A stretch of 53,964 nt of DNA from a virus (taxonomy: Duplodnaviria; Caudoviricetes), in the IMG/VR virus record IMGVR_UViG_3300005805_000115, positions 1-53,964 of that record; one strand, given 5' to 3'. Under the pieces are notes generated by a model. That model was not told the DNA's origin. It made no database searches and worked only from the letters and a program-made list of their open reading frames with translations. Both the position numbers and the translations under genes were made by a program. Position 1 is the stretch's first letter; each line of letters begins with the position of its first letter. Shown in pieces: positions 43,386 through 52,657 of the stretch.

Positions 43386-44677
43386 TTATTTTCAAATTGT
43401 AAACGATGCAGAGCAATCCTGGTTTGGCCATCATGCATCCATGGTTGTTCAACAATCAAATATCTAATCCTATTTGGGCCAATGACCACTGCAGCCTGAG
43501 CCGATGCTCGCACAGTGTCACGCAGGGACTGCTGATAGCTGTCACGAAACTGGTTCTGTTTGTTCAACAACAATGTGATACCGCTGTGCGCTCCCCAAAC
43601 CGGTTGGCTGACAAAAATGTCTGTCTTGCCATCACCATCCACATCCTTGATTTGCGGAAAATACCCAACCATTCTGGTTCGATCAAAACCCATGCGCACA
43701 GTGTCAGTGACGTCTGTGAATTGACCGCTGCCTAGATTTTTGAAAAAACTAATCTCGCCTCTGTGTTTGGTGTCAATGGGTGCATCAAATCGATAGCCAA
43801 ACACTACTACATCCAATCGTCCATCATTGTCGAAATCAAGCACTCGCACTCGGACGTCATGCTGACTGGCATCTATTCTAACCGGTGGCAGTGTGCCATG
43901 CAGGGCGTATTGGACCTGTCTTAGATTGTGATCAAGCGAAATAGTATACAGTGCTGTGTCATTGGTGCTAGCAGTACCAACATCGCTGACAGCTACCTGT
44001 AAATTTCCGTAGCCCAAAAATTGTCCCAGTGCAATGCCAGACGACCCCCCGACCCATCCTGCGTATTCAATCAACCCTGTGGCAGATCCAACGTAAGTTG
44101 GTGCATTTCCCCAGCCGGCTGACACCACATCATCATAGCCATCTCCGTCGATGTCACCGCATGACACACTGTGCATGTAGGCCTGAGCAGACAAAGCAAT
44201 TCGTTGAAACTGAGTGCCTTGATTCAACAACACATAAGGGTAGGCTGTCAACGGCATGTCAGTGTAGGCACTGAGAAAAACGTCTGCGCGCCCATCACCA
44301 TTGAAGTCACCAAAGCACACATCTCCCACACCTTCCACAAGATGAGTCTGGTTGGGCAACCATTGTGCAGTGATGTTGGTAAATTGAGCGTTGCGCCATC
44401 CAAAAATTTGCACAGAAGTCTTGCTGTATTTGTCCGGTGTGTTGGGCTGTGTCTCAAATGCCACAAAGAAAACTTCTTCCACACCGTCACCGTCGATATC
44501 TCTAGTAAAAATATAGCTGACCGGATTGGCACGACTGTCGTCTTGATAGTACTGAAATTGTGCCGTTGCGGTAGCTGCTGCAACCAACGGTGAAGCACTG
44601 CTGCTGTCCGCTGCGCCCCCACCGCCACAGGCACACACACTGCCTAGCAGTGTCAAGGCTAAAAGTCTAGTGATCAT
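43382..44677 (-). CDS. FG-GAP/VCBS-repeat lipoprotein
   Basis: CACGGGG lipobox; DIDGDG, DFNGDG, DIDGDG, DFDNDG, DVDGDG repeats. Confidence 0.85.
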   Translation of the reverse strand: MITRLLALTLLGSVCACGGGGAADSSSASPLVAAATATAQFQYYQDDSRANPVSYIFTRDIDGDGVEEVFFVAFETQPNTPDKYSKTSVQIFGWRNAQFTNITAQWLPNQTHLVEGVGDVCFGDFNGDGRADVFLSAYTDMPLTAYPYVLLNQGTQFQRIALSAQAYMHSVSCGDIDGDGYDDVVSAGWGNAPTYVGSATGLIEYAGWVGGSSGIALGQFLGYGNLQVAVSDVGTASTNDTALYTISLDHNLRQVQYALHGTLPPVRIDASQHDVRVRVLDFDNDGRLDVVVFGYRFDAPIDTKHRGEISFFKNLGSGQFTDVTDTVRMGFDRTRMVGYFPQIKDVDGDGKTDIFVSQPVWGAHSGITLLLNKQNQFRDSYQQSLRDTVRASAQAAVVIGPNRIRYLIVEQPWMHDGQTRIALHRLQFENN

Positions 44678-45141
44678 TTTGGATCGCTTTGAGAATCTTT
44701 TACAAGATCGCACACAGTTTGAAACTGCGAATAGGCTTCCCTCACAGCCGGATGTGACATCAAAGATTCAGCTTCGGCTATCATGGCAGCCATGGCAGCT
44801 TCGGCGCAGTCTCTGGCACAAGCGTAGGAAATATGGAAAAACTCATCGTCAAAGGCGTCTTTCATTTCTTGCCATGCTGCACGTTGCCTGTCTGTGATAG
44901 GACGTTCTTTGGGCCGTGCTTCACCGGCATCACGAAGAACTCGACAGATAGCGTCTTCGGCCACACGACCAGCAGCAATCATAGCAGCATGGTTGGGGTC
45001 GATTCGATATCGTCGACTGCTTCCCCCTGGATAGCACATCACTAGATGCGCGCCTTCGGGGAAACTGTCCAATAAATCGTTGTCATATTCGGCCACCGGC
45101 ACATAGCGTCGGCCTTCCTTGACGTAGTAGATTTTTTTCAT
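44674..45141 (-). CDS. conserved phage hypothetical protein
   Basis: YVKEGRRYVPV. Confidence 0.65.
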   Translation of the reverse strand: MKKIYYVKEGRRYVPVAEYDNDLLDSFPEGAHLVMCYPGGSSRRYRIDPNHAAMIAAGRVAEDAICRVLRDAGEARPKERPITDRQRAAWQEMKDAFDDEFFHISYACARDCAEAAMAAMIAEAESLMSHPAVREAYSQFQTVCDLVKDSQSDPK

Positions 45142-45339
45142 CTAACCACCGTAGTGATTGATTATGAGGTCCAGTGCTTTGATTACGCGAGCATGATTGT
45201 CAACATCCTCGGGATGCAGCCATGAGCCTTTTTTATGGTCTGCTAACTCTTTTTTGAGATATTTTCTGTAATCTTTGAGATTGATCAAAGTTATACGGTC
45301 GGCGGCCTCTTTGTCGATTTCTAATTTCTGTTTGCTCAT
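45142..45339 (-). CDS. hypothetical protein
   Basis: 65 aa; ATGA overlap with ligase. Confidence 0.6.
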   Translation of the reverse strand: MSKQKLEIDKEAADRITLINLKDYRKYLKKELADHKKGSWLHPEDVDNHARVIKALDLIINHYGG

Positions 45340-46706
45340 ACTTTGTCACCCATCTCAAAATCGCGGAATCTCAAAAAACGAGGAAATCTCAAACTATAAC
45401 TGCCATCTTGATTTTGGGTTACCGCATCAGCTTGGATTTCAACCAAGTGACCAAGTAAGTGATCCCGGGCCACCCAATACTGATCACGATCGCTATCACT
45501 AAGGCCACTACCAACATTGACACAAATACGACGTCCATTGTCTTCCCCTTCGCAAATTATAGCACCCAATCGATTTTTGTTTCTACCTGTGCCTTCTTCG
45601 AACCCTACAATTTCCAAATCCACACTGATCACCGGTTTCCATTTCATCCAGTAATCTGATCGTTTGCACACATAGGGTGCATCCATGGATTTGATCATAA
45701 TACCTTCGTAGCCTTGAGCCACACAATCTTCTGCATAACGATGCATGATGTCGTGGCCTTCGGATGTGTCTAGATCTACTTCTAAACCTTCTACAATACG
45801 CAAGGTCGTTTGTTGGTCATCCAGTCGTCCACGTGCCTGTTCTAAGATATCAAATCGTTTGTATTGTTGTGCATTCCAGTAACCTCTTTGAAAATCATCC
45901 AGAGGCACGATATCAAAAATGTTGTATACCATGCCATCAGTTTGAGCATCTGACTTGCGATGAGCCTGCTTCATGAGCTTTTGAAAACTTTCGCCGGTGA
46001 CTTCACCATCCAACACAAAACGACCACCTGATCCTAGGTTGCGTTGAAAAGCTGCGCGGTACAGCATGATGTCTCGAGCAATCTGCGGAAAGTTTGCAAA
46101 TTCTTTGCCATTGCGGCTGAACAGACTGATGTTCATGCCCTGTACTACGGCCAACACCCGTACACCATCTAGCTTGGGCTCAAGTCGCTTGATGCCTCGC
46201 AGCTTTTTGGGTTGATCCGTTGAGTCTTGTGCCAGCTGGCAGCTGAACACTGGAATCGCCCAGTCTGACTTGCCTACCACTTTGTTTAGAGTCTTTTCTG
46301 AAATACCGCACCTGAGATCCTTGATCAAGACACGGCGGCATACCATGTTCCACTCGTCATCGTCGAACAGTTCACTGACCTCTTCAACCGCTTCTCTGGC
46401 TGCATTGCCTGTGACACTTCGGGTCCGTAGGCTTTCTAACAGCGCCCAAAATCTAGGCCAGGCGTTGAAACGATGACTGTGTCCCTGAACTTCTGGCACT
46501 TGTCGAATATGAAACGTATAGTAAGGATTGTAGGCCTGATAGCAATTGAAAAGAAATGCTTGGGCATCGGCACTGCCTAGTTTGGCGGCCATGAGAGCTT
46601 TTTCGATGACTTTTTCTTTGTGAAGCCGGCTGTCGCTGGACTCCAGATCTCGAATCCAACCCGAGCTCACGACAGTGTTGAACCTTTCTTCAGTGTAATC
46701 AATCAT
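45336..46706 (-). CDS. ATP-dependent DNA ligase
   Basis: EPKLDGVR (KxDG), LDGE, EGIMIK, KWK, SLRFPRF. Confidence 0.95.
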   Translation of the reverse strand: MIDYTEERFNTVVSSGWIRDLESSDSRLHKEKVIEKALMAAKLGSADAQAFLFNCYQAYNPYYTFHIRQVPEVQGHSHRFNAWPRFWALLESLRTRSVTGNAAREAVEEVSELFDDDEWNMVCRRVLIKDLRCGISEKTLNKVVGKSDWAIPVFSCQLAQDSTDQPKKLRGIKRLEPKLDGVRVLAVVQGMNISLFSRNGKEFANFPQIARDIMLYRAAFQRNLGSGGRFVLDGEVTGESFQKLMKQAHRKSDAQTDGMVYNIFDIVPLDDFQRGYWNAQQYKRFDILEQARGRLDDQQTTLRIVEGLEVDLDTSEGHDIMHRYAEDCVAQGYEGIMIKSMDAPYVCKRSDYWMKWKPVISVDLEIVGFEEGTGRNKNRLGAIICEGEDNGRRICVNVGSGLSDSDRDQYWVARDHLLGHLVEIQADAVTQNQDGSYSLRFPRFLRFRDFEMGDKV

Positions 46707-46715
46707 ATTTACTTG

Positions 46716-47162
46716 TTACCAAGAGCTGTTGTAAAACACTCGGAGTCCTAGGAAAATTTCTGCCTTGGCATTTTTTATAAAATCAAGATCGCGGTCGCGA
46801 TAAAAATCGTCGCTGGTCTCGCCAAAGAAAAATCCCCTGGTCTCGGGCAGGTTGCCGTTTCTAATGTCCTGTTCTAGCCTATCTAAATCGTCCCAGGTCA
46901 GTTCAAGTTCAACATTGTTGAAACCGCTGCCTAACGCACTATCTTCGGGAATATCTTGTTTGGCGTCATGCATTTTGCGTCGCCACAATCGTTCCATCCA
47001 ACCCTGAAGGTTTGGATGCTTGCGCCAATACGCCAGCTCACGCGGCTGTGCCACCTGATCATTGATCCAATCATTGGAATTGGGATCTTTAGTTGCACCT
47101 TCCCACCATTGATCCCGTTGCCCGGCTTTGGCCGCTACATATGCATATTGGTCAAGACCCAC
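46716..47162 (-). CDS. conserved phage hypothetical protein
   Basis: MGLDQY...YWRKHPNLQGWM...YNSSW. Confidence 0.75.
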   Translation of the reverse strand: MGLDQYAYVAAKAGQRDQWWEGATKDPNSNDWINDQVAQPRELAYWRKHPNLQGWMERLWRRKMHDAKQDIPEDSALGSGFNNVELELTWDDLDRLEQDIRNGNLPETRGFFFGETSDDFYRDRDLDFIKNAKAEIFLGLRVFYNSSW

Positions 47163-47316
47163 GCTTCACTCCTCGTTGATATTGATATTCACGCTTGAGC
47201 CACCAGCGGTATCGCCTAAAGTATTCTTGAATGGTGTACCGCGGTTGACGAAATTGATCCCGTTCATCACAGTTTTCGCGCCACAAATCTTCTAACCAGC
47301 TGCGAAATGATTTCAT
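47152..47316 (-). CDS. small hypothetical protein (54 aa)
   Basis: Hand-translated MKSFRSWLEDLWRENCDER...YRWWLKREY. Confidence 0.6.
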   Translation of the reverse strand: MKSFRSWLEDLWRENCDERDQFRQPRYTIQEYFRRYRWWLKREYQYQRGVKRGS

Positions 47317-47359
47317 GATTTTTTTACTGAGACGTTTGACACTGCAAAAATAATTTTTC

Positions 47360-47623
47360 TTACATACTCCAATAACGCTCAGTCGATGGATCGCAACAAT
47401 ACGGAGTGTCCTCAGGAATTTGAATGTCCTGGCCAGTCATCAAATTTTGCACAGTTTTCATGCCCACCGGATACTTGAGTAGAAACCAAGATTGCTCTAC
47501 CCAATTGTAAACCAACTTACCGGCATTGCGATTGGCACAGGTGGTTGCTCGTTTTGCACTGGATGCTGACTTGAAATAACGCTTGTCGGCATGGGGGTTG
47601 GCAGTGTGGAAAACAACGTACAT
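47360..47623 (-). CDS. hypothetical protein
   Basis: NLMTG...DTPYCCDPSTERYWSM; AGGAG SD. Confidence 0.7.
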   Translation of the reverse strand: MYVVFHTANPHADKRYFKSASSAKRATTCANRNAGKLVYNWVEQSWFLLKYPVGMKTVQNLMTGQDIQIPEDTPYCCDPSTERYWSM

Positions 47624-47655
47624 ATCTGGCTCCTGTTTTGTTACCCTATACCCAT

Positions 47656-47684
47656 ATTATAGCAAAACGAAAATATTCGGTCAA
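47656..47684 (-). promoter_or_regulatory. sigma70-type early promoter
   Basis: TTGACC-17-TATAAT. Confidence 0.85.
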
Positions 47685-47691
47685 CCGTTTT

Positions 47692-47964
47692 TTAGTGCAG
47701 ATCAATTTGAACTTGACGGAAACCCTGTGCGTCTGTGACCAGTCCGGTGGGCAGGGTCTCACCAAGATGCCGGGCTACTCGACGCTGCGAAGCCAGTAGC
47801 TCCAGGGCAGTCCAAATCGCCACACGAGCGTCGCGGGTGGCAAAGTCGTCGCTCATTTGCCGGACGGTGATAACCATGCCAACATCCTCGCCGCTTTGGG
47901 CAGTGAGAATGAAACGGAATTTTTGACTATTTTTCAAACCGTCGATAATTGCTTTAGTACGCAT
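47692..47964 (-). CDS. hypothetical protein
   Basis: 90 aa, AAGGA SD. Confidence 0.65.
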   Translation of the reverse strand: MRTKAIIDGLKNSQKFRFILTAQSGEDVGMVITVRQMSDDFATRDARVAIWTALELLASQRRVARHLGETLPTGLVTDAQGFRQVQIDLH

Positions 47965-47974
47965 GACAGAGTCC

Positions 47975-48202
47975 TTAGGCTAATTGGGTTTTGACACGAA
48001 TATAAGAACTGGTACGATAGACTTTATTGGTGTATCCCAAACTTTGAAAAGCCTGACGCACAGTTTCCAATTGTTCCCCGGTCCCATAACCTACTACAAT
48101 ACGAACAGATTTGTCTTTATTTCCGCGACTTTTATCTGTTGCAAAAGGCACGATGCTGCAAGATTGAAAGACACTACGAACTTGTTTTGTATTGGCAAGC
48201 AT
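47975..48202 (-). CDS. hypothetical protein
   Basis: Start MLANTK, GGAG SD. Confidence 0.65.
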   Translation of the reverse strand: MLANTKQVRSVFQSCSIVPFATDKSRGNKDKSVRIVVGYGTGEQLETVRQAFQSLGYTNKVYRTSSYIRVKTQLA

Positions 48203-48231
48203 TGGCTGCTCCGTTTTGTTACTGTACCAAT

Positions 48232-48260
48232 ATTGTAGCAAAATGGCTAAATTTGGTCAA
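48232..48260 (-). promoter_or_regulatory. sigma70-type early promoter with operator at 48269-48286
   Basis: TTGACC-17-TACAAT; TGTAGT-N6-GCCACA upstream. Confidence 0.8.
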
Positions 48261-48429
48261 CCAAAATCTGTAGTCTATCTGCCACATATCCATCATAGAG
48301 GTATTGCAGGGCCTTCCAAACACTGTCCTCTACAGAATTTGATTCCCTTAGGACGGTGTAGGCTTCTCGGAAGTAGTTCTCGTCCCCGCGGCATTGAGCA
48401 TAAGCTTCTGCACGTTTGAGGTATTCCAA
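48247..48429 (-). CDS. hypothetical protein
   Basis: 60 aa, AGGAG SD, behind a promoter. Confidence 0.55.
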   Translation of the reverse strand: MEYLKRAEAYAQCRGDENYFREAYTVLRESNSVEDSVWKALQYLYDGYVADRLQILVDQI

Positions 48430-48456
48430 AATGCTCTCCTGTTTACCTAAGTTGCT

Positions 48457-48531
48457 ATTGTAGCAAAAGGCTGAATTATGGTCAACCTGTGGTTTTGGCG
48501 CAACAATTTATAATGTGGCAAAAAAGCCACA
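48457..48531 (-). promoter_or_regulatory. sigma70-type early promoter with two upstream 18-bp palindromes
   Basis: TTGACC-17-TACAAT (48457-48485); TGTGGT-N6-GCAACA (48488-48505); TGTGGC-N6-GCCACA (48514-48531). Confidence 0.8.
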
Positions 48532-48533
48532 AT

Positions 48534-50540
48534 TTAATACACAGGAACAACCACAGGCACAGGTGCTACAGCAGGGTCGCTGCTGGGCGCTAGATTTTGT
48601 GCCAATTGAGCTTGATTTAAGCGAGCAGTGTTGCGCCCTTCTCGCATGACACCCACAATGGCCTGTCCGCCCAACACAGAGGTGTCGGCCACTTGTTCAA
48701 GAAAATCGCAGGCGCCACAGTCATCGGTGTCGAGACCGTATGCAGGCAACTGTTGAACAAACCCCATCACACTGGACTGTTCGCCAGCCTGTAGATTGAA
48801 GTAGTCAATACTGGCTCTGGTTTGGTAGGTTTTTTCCTGGCTAAGAGCTGCGGCCATGGTGTCCCATAATGAGTTCAGCGCGGTTACTTCTGCGGCGTAA
48901 CTGGGATTGGCCACAATGGATGCAATGCTGGCATTGGCATTGGCAATCTCACTGAGAACAGTTGTGTCATCAGGTGCTGCTGCAATGGCTATGTAGGCGT
49001 TGTTCAATGCAGTAAGGGCACCTGCTGTCTGCAAACTCACAATGTTGGCAGTGGCAGCTGCCAAATCTGCTGCAAAATTGTTGTGGTCGATGGCCAGACC
49101 CAACACATCACACACAGTAATTGTACCGTTGACTCCTGAACCTGTGGCCTGTTGGGTAGCAAAATAGCTGGCCACAGATGATTCAATGGGCTGTGTTTGT
49201 GACTGTATCAAAGGTAGCCCTGCCAAAGTACTGAGTCCGCCCAAACTTGTAGGCAACCAGTAGTCAGTATTGGAAATGTCCGTGCCTGCAGGCACATCTT
49301 GTTGCGCCTGGTACACAGTGAACAAAGGCGAACCGTGGTTGACCACGTCGTTGGGCAGATACTGAGATCCCGGATTCCAGATTGATTCGGCCAAGCCTTG
49401 CACTGCCTGCGCCAAAGCAGGCAACGCAGTCAACGGCAGTCCCGTCATCTGCTCCATGGCCAACTGGATGGCTTTATTGGCCACTGCTTGATCAGGTGGA
49501 ATGACTTTGGCCAACTCATTGCAGCCTGACGCAGCCGGCAGCACAGTATCTATCAAGGGCGCCAAGGCCAAATTTACACTGGTACCCGGATTGTAGATTG
49601 GTTGCCATGTGGCACCAGCTGGCACATGTAGACCACTGTAGCTTCGTGGATAGGTTTTTACTGGATCCAACAAGTCTGCCATGGTGAATATGTTCGGCAG
49701 TGTGACATCTAAGATTGACATTACCTGTGCCAAGTCGTCGCCCTGGACCAATGCCATGGCTTGATAGGCCAGTCTTTGCAAGCGATTCCATTGAGTGGCA
49801 GTCAGTGTTTCTTGGCCGCGTAACAGTTGTTGAATGTCCGATGTGGTTAGGCCAAGCACTGTCAAACTGGTCTGCAGTGAACCAAAAAAACCCACACGAA
49901 ATCTGCCCACTGCAGCCAGCTGTTGTAACAGTCCAGCCGGGGTACCGTACAGCTCCATGTTGGCCGGATTCCATAGCCGCCCTTGTTGATACAGATCTGT
50001 TGCAAAGCCTTCAAATTCACCATTGATAAGACTGATATTATTGGTTATCAGCGCATCCATGTCCGTAAAAGTCGGCCCTAGGTAGGTTTGCGCATTGACT
50101 GCACTGTTGATAAATTGGTTCACAGTGTTGCAATAACCTACCACGGCCATAAAACCTTGACAAAATTTACCAATGTCGCCGTTGCCAAGATAAGCTTCGC
50201 CTGTTTGTTGCACAAGCCCTGTAAATCCAAACGGAGCCAGGCTGCTGCCATCTGGTGCACTAATTATATAATTAAGATTGGTATAGGCAGCTGGTATGCT
50301 GTTGCCTAAGGCAGGACAGGTTGTGACCCCAATGGTCAGCAATTTTTCTAAAGTGTCTGCTGTAAAAAAACTTTGGCCTATATAGGTATTGACAGCCGTC
50401 AAAAAATTGCCAATGACTGTGGTTGCATTGATCGTGTTGATAGCTGTGGTCAAACTACTGGGTAACCCGTTGATGCCTTGATTGTTCAACAGCGTGGCCG
50501 CTGCGGTGAGTTGTAACGGAGTTACTATACCTCGTGCCAT
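48534..50540 (-). CDS. probable virion (tail/baseplate-associated) protein with CBM5/12-like insert
   Basis: Ala/Thr/Gln-rich 668 aa next to PAAR; WNPGSQYLPNDVV...YQAQQDVP..TDYW. Confidence 0.55.
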   Translation of the reverse strand: MARGIVTPLQLTAAATLLNNQGINGLPSSLTTAINTINATTVIGNFLTAVNTYIGQSFFTADTLEKLLTIGVTTCPALGNSIPAAYTNLNYIISAPDGSSLAPFGFTGLVQQTGEAYLGNGDIGKFCQGFMAVVGYCNTVNQFINSAVNAQTYLGPTFTDMDALITNNISLINGEFEGFATDLYQQGRLWNPANMELYGTPAGLLQQLAAVGRFRVGFFGSLQTSLTVLGLTTSDIQQLLRGQETLTATQWNRLQRLAYQAMALVQGDDLAQVMSILDVTLPNIFTMADLLDPVKTYPRSYSGLHVPAGATWQPIYNPGTSVNLALAPLIDTVLPAASGCNELAKVIPPDQAVANKAIQLAMEQMTGLPLTALPALAQAVQGLAESIWNPGSQYLPNDVVNHGSPLFTVYQAQQDVPAGTDISNTDYWLPTSLGGLSTLAGLPLIQSQTQPIESSVASYFATQQATGSGVNGTITVCDVLGLAIDHNNFAADLAAATANIVSLQTAGALTALNNAYIAIAAAPDDTTVLSEIANANASIASIVANPSYAAEVTALNSLWDTMAAALSQEKTYQTRASIDYFNLQAGEQSSVMGFVQQLPAYGLDTDDCGACDFLEQVADTSVLGGQAIVGVMREGRNTARLNQAQLAQNLAPSSDPAVAPVPVVVPVY

Positions 50541-50827
50541 TATGCCACCCTGACATCACCACTGCCGCCGGATCTGGCGTGGCCGCATGAATCTGCATCA
50601 TCGGTTCTGATAATGGGGTAATTACCGGCTCTAACCGAACCGGATCCACCTGTGGTAGTGGCGCTGCAGTGTATCGATGGACATCGACGTTGTCCACAAC
50701 AAGGGTGAGGTGTCACTGGATTTCCTCTGACTATCACTGGTCGGTTGTTGATCCGCACCGAACCAATGCCGCCTTGAGCAACGCCTCCAGCGGTATTGGC
50801 ATCCCCCACTCGTTGTGCTGCCGGCAT
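50540..50827 (-). CDS. PAAR-domain spike tip protein
   Basis: PAAQRVGD, H/C metal ligands, D.DSCGH..GGS.DV. Confidence 0.88.
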   Translation of the reverse strand: MPAAQRVGDANTAGGVAQGGIGSVRINNRPVIVRGNPVTPHPCCGQRRCPSIHCSATTTGGSGSVRAGNYPIIRTDDADSCGHARSGGSGDVRVA

Positions 50828-50828
50828 A

Positions 50829-51128
50829 TCATCCCACTAAAATTTTCTTATCAGGCACTTTGATTCCTGTGGTTGCTTCCAGGTACTTGTTGCACACAGA
50901 TTCGTCTGTGGGCGCACACAGTGCTACTGTATTGATATTTAGTTGTATAGTTTGCTTGGGATCAGCAGTAAAACTGCTGGGCACCAACCCCATGCCTTGT
51001 GGCGCCGGAGCCACACTGACCGGTGTTTCGATCATTAGCCAAGGTTGTGAGGTGCTGATAACTTTGGCAATCAGTTCTTCGCCAGAAGTCAGTTTGAACG
51101 TGTATACTTTGTTGGGTTCGAGAATCAT
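50829..51128 (-). CDS. Sm-like conserved phage protein
   Basis: FKLTSGEELIAK...Y...TTGI. Confidence 0.7.
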   Translation of the reverse strand: MILEPNKVYTFKLTSGEELIAKVISTSQPWLMIETPVSVAPAPQGMGLVPSSFTADPKQTIQLNINTVALCAPTDESVCNKYLEATTGIKVPDKKILVG

Positions 51129-51355
51129 TGTGAGCTTTCAAAAAATTTGCGGAGTTCTGTGAATCCGCCTACCAGTTGTTGGTCTAAAAAAATTTGTGGA
51201 AGGGTGCGAGCGTTGGGCACTGCTTCCAACAGTTGCTCGCGAGTCCACTCATGATTGATATTGCGTTCTTCATATTCAACCCCGCGACTGGCCAACAGTG
51301 CTTTGGCCTGCACACAATAGGGACATTGGTCTTTGCTCCATATCACGGCTTTCAT
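51125..51355 (-). CDS. glutaredoxin
   Basis: CPYC, TLPQIF, VGGF. Confidence 0.93.
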   Translation of the reverse strand: MKAVIWSKDQCPYCVQAKALLASRGVEYEERNINHEWTREQLLEAVPNARTLPQIFLDQQLVGGFTELRKFFESSQ

Positions 51356-51560
51356 TCAATTTTCCTTGTAGTCTATAAATCGTGTGTTCATGACGGTGAT
51401 TCCAAATTTTGACAACAATCGCGTCTCCAGGGCCAGTTATGATTGCTGTACCACAAACATGTTTGCCCCATAACCATCTATTGCTAAGATCACAACGTCG
51501 CGGAATCAACGACCGTGCTTCTTGCCATCTAGCTCGGTCATAAAACCATTTATCCATCAT
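51276..51560 (-). CDS. hypothetical protein
   Basis: PRRCDLSNRWLW; overlaps glutaredoxin 5' end. Confidence 0.5.
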   Translation of the reverse strand: MMDKWFYDRARWQEARSLIPRRCDLSNRWLWGKHVCGTAIITGPGDAIVVKIWNHRHEHTIYRLQGKLNESRDMEQRPMSLLCAGQSTVGQSRG

Positions 51561-52657
51561 AACTGCGGAAGTTGATCATAGTCTATGGTATCGCTCATTA
51601 CACCGATCACATAGTTGGTTGATTCATTTTCCTGCAGAGCTGTTTGTTTTTTACTGGTGTCCACGTGTTTGTTGAACCACGGAATAGGTGTGGATCGAGG
51701 TGCAGGATGTTGATATTTGATACCAATCTCCTTTAGTGCATTGTACGCGGTGTAGTCCACAAAGTCTTTCAAAATGGCAGAATTGAGACCGATCACTGGA
51801 CCTTTTTGGAACAGATAATCTGCCCAGGCTTTTTCTTCTGCGATCACATCCAGGTACATCTGATATACCTCGGCTTCACACTCTGTGCGAGCCGCAGCAA
51901 ATCTTGAGTCCTCCTTGACTACCTGATTGATGATCCAAGCTGTCCACTCTTTGTGTAGGATTTCATCCTGCAAAATCAAGCTGATAATGTTGCCGTTGCC
52001 GATAAAGATTTTGTTTTCTACCATGGCCAATGATGTAGCAAAGCTGACCATAAATCGAAACGCTTCAAGAGCATAACTGGCATTCAATGCTAGCCAAACT
52101 GCTTTGATGTGCTGTGCTTCTCGAACAGGAACCTCTAGTTCGCGTTCGCAATTGACCATGTGCAGATGGTCATAGTATCGACCCACTGAACTGGCCATGT
52201 CAATGATTTCTTTGGTGTCATGAATACTATTGAACACATCCTTGGGCACATTGTAGATGTTGCGTATGATGTGACTGTAGCTGCGGCTGTGAATGTTGGT
52301 TTCAAAAAACGTCCAATTATAAACCAAACTTTCTAGCTCCGGAATCGAAATCACTGGCGTAAAAATTTGACTTGGCCCACGACCTTGCAGACTATCCAAT
52401 GCGGTCTGACGCAGCAGATTGCTGGTAAAAATATGCCTCACAGTGTCAGAAGAATCTTTGAAATCCTGAGCATCTTTGGTAAGATTGACTTCTTCGGGCA
52501 CCCAGAAAAATCCACGTGCTTCTTGTTCAAATTTGGCCAGCTTGTTGTATTTGACTTCTTCAAATCTTTGCACTGTGACCGGTCCCGCAGGATCCAGAAA
52601 CATTTTGCGTTGAAGATAATCTGTGCGGTTCGATAGATTGTATTGTTTTTGGCTCAT
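51557..52657 (-). CDS. nrdB: class Ia ribonucleotide reductase beta subunit
   Basis: FFWVPEE, LDSLQG, IHSRSY, LEAFRF, DEILH, ALQENE..Y; TAATG overlap with nrdA. Confidence 0.95.
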   Translation of the reverse strand: MSQKQYNLSNRTDYLQRKMFLDPAGPVTVQRFEEVKYNKLAKFEQEARGFFWVPEEVNLTKDAQDFKDSSDTVRHIFTSNLLRQTALDSLQGRGPSQIFTPVISIPELESLVYNWTFFETNIHSRSYSHIIRNIYNVPKDVFNSIHDTKEIIDMASSVGRYYDHLHMVNCERELEVPVREAQHIKAVWLALNASYALEAFRFMVSFATSLAMVENKIFIGNGNIISLILQDEILHKEWTAWIINQVVKEDSRFAAARTECEAEVYQMYLDVIAEEKAWADYLFQKGPVIGLNSAILKDFVDYTAYNALKEIGIKYQHPAPRSTPIPWFNKHVDTSKKQTALQENESTNYVIGVMSDTIDYDQLPQL

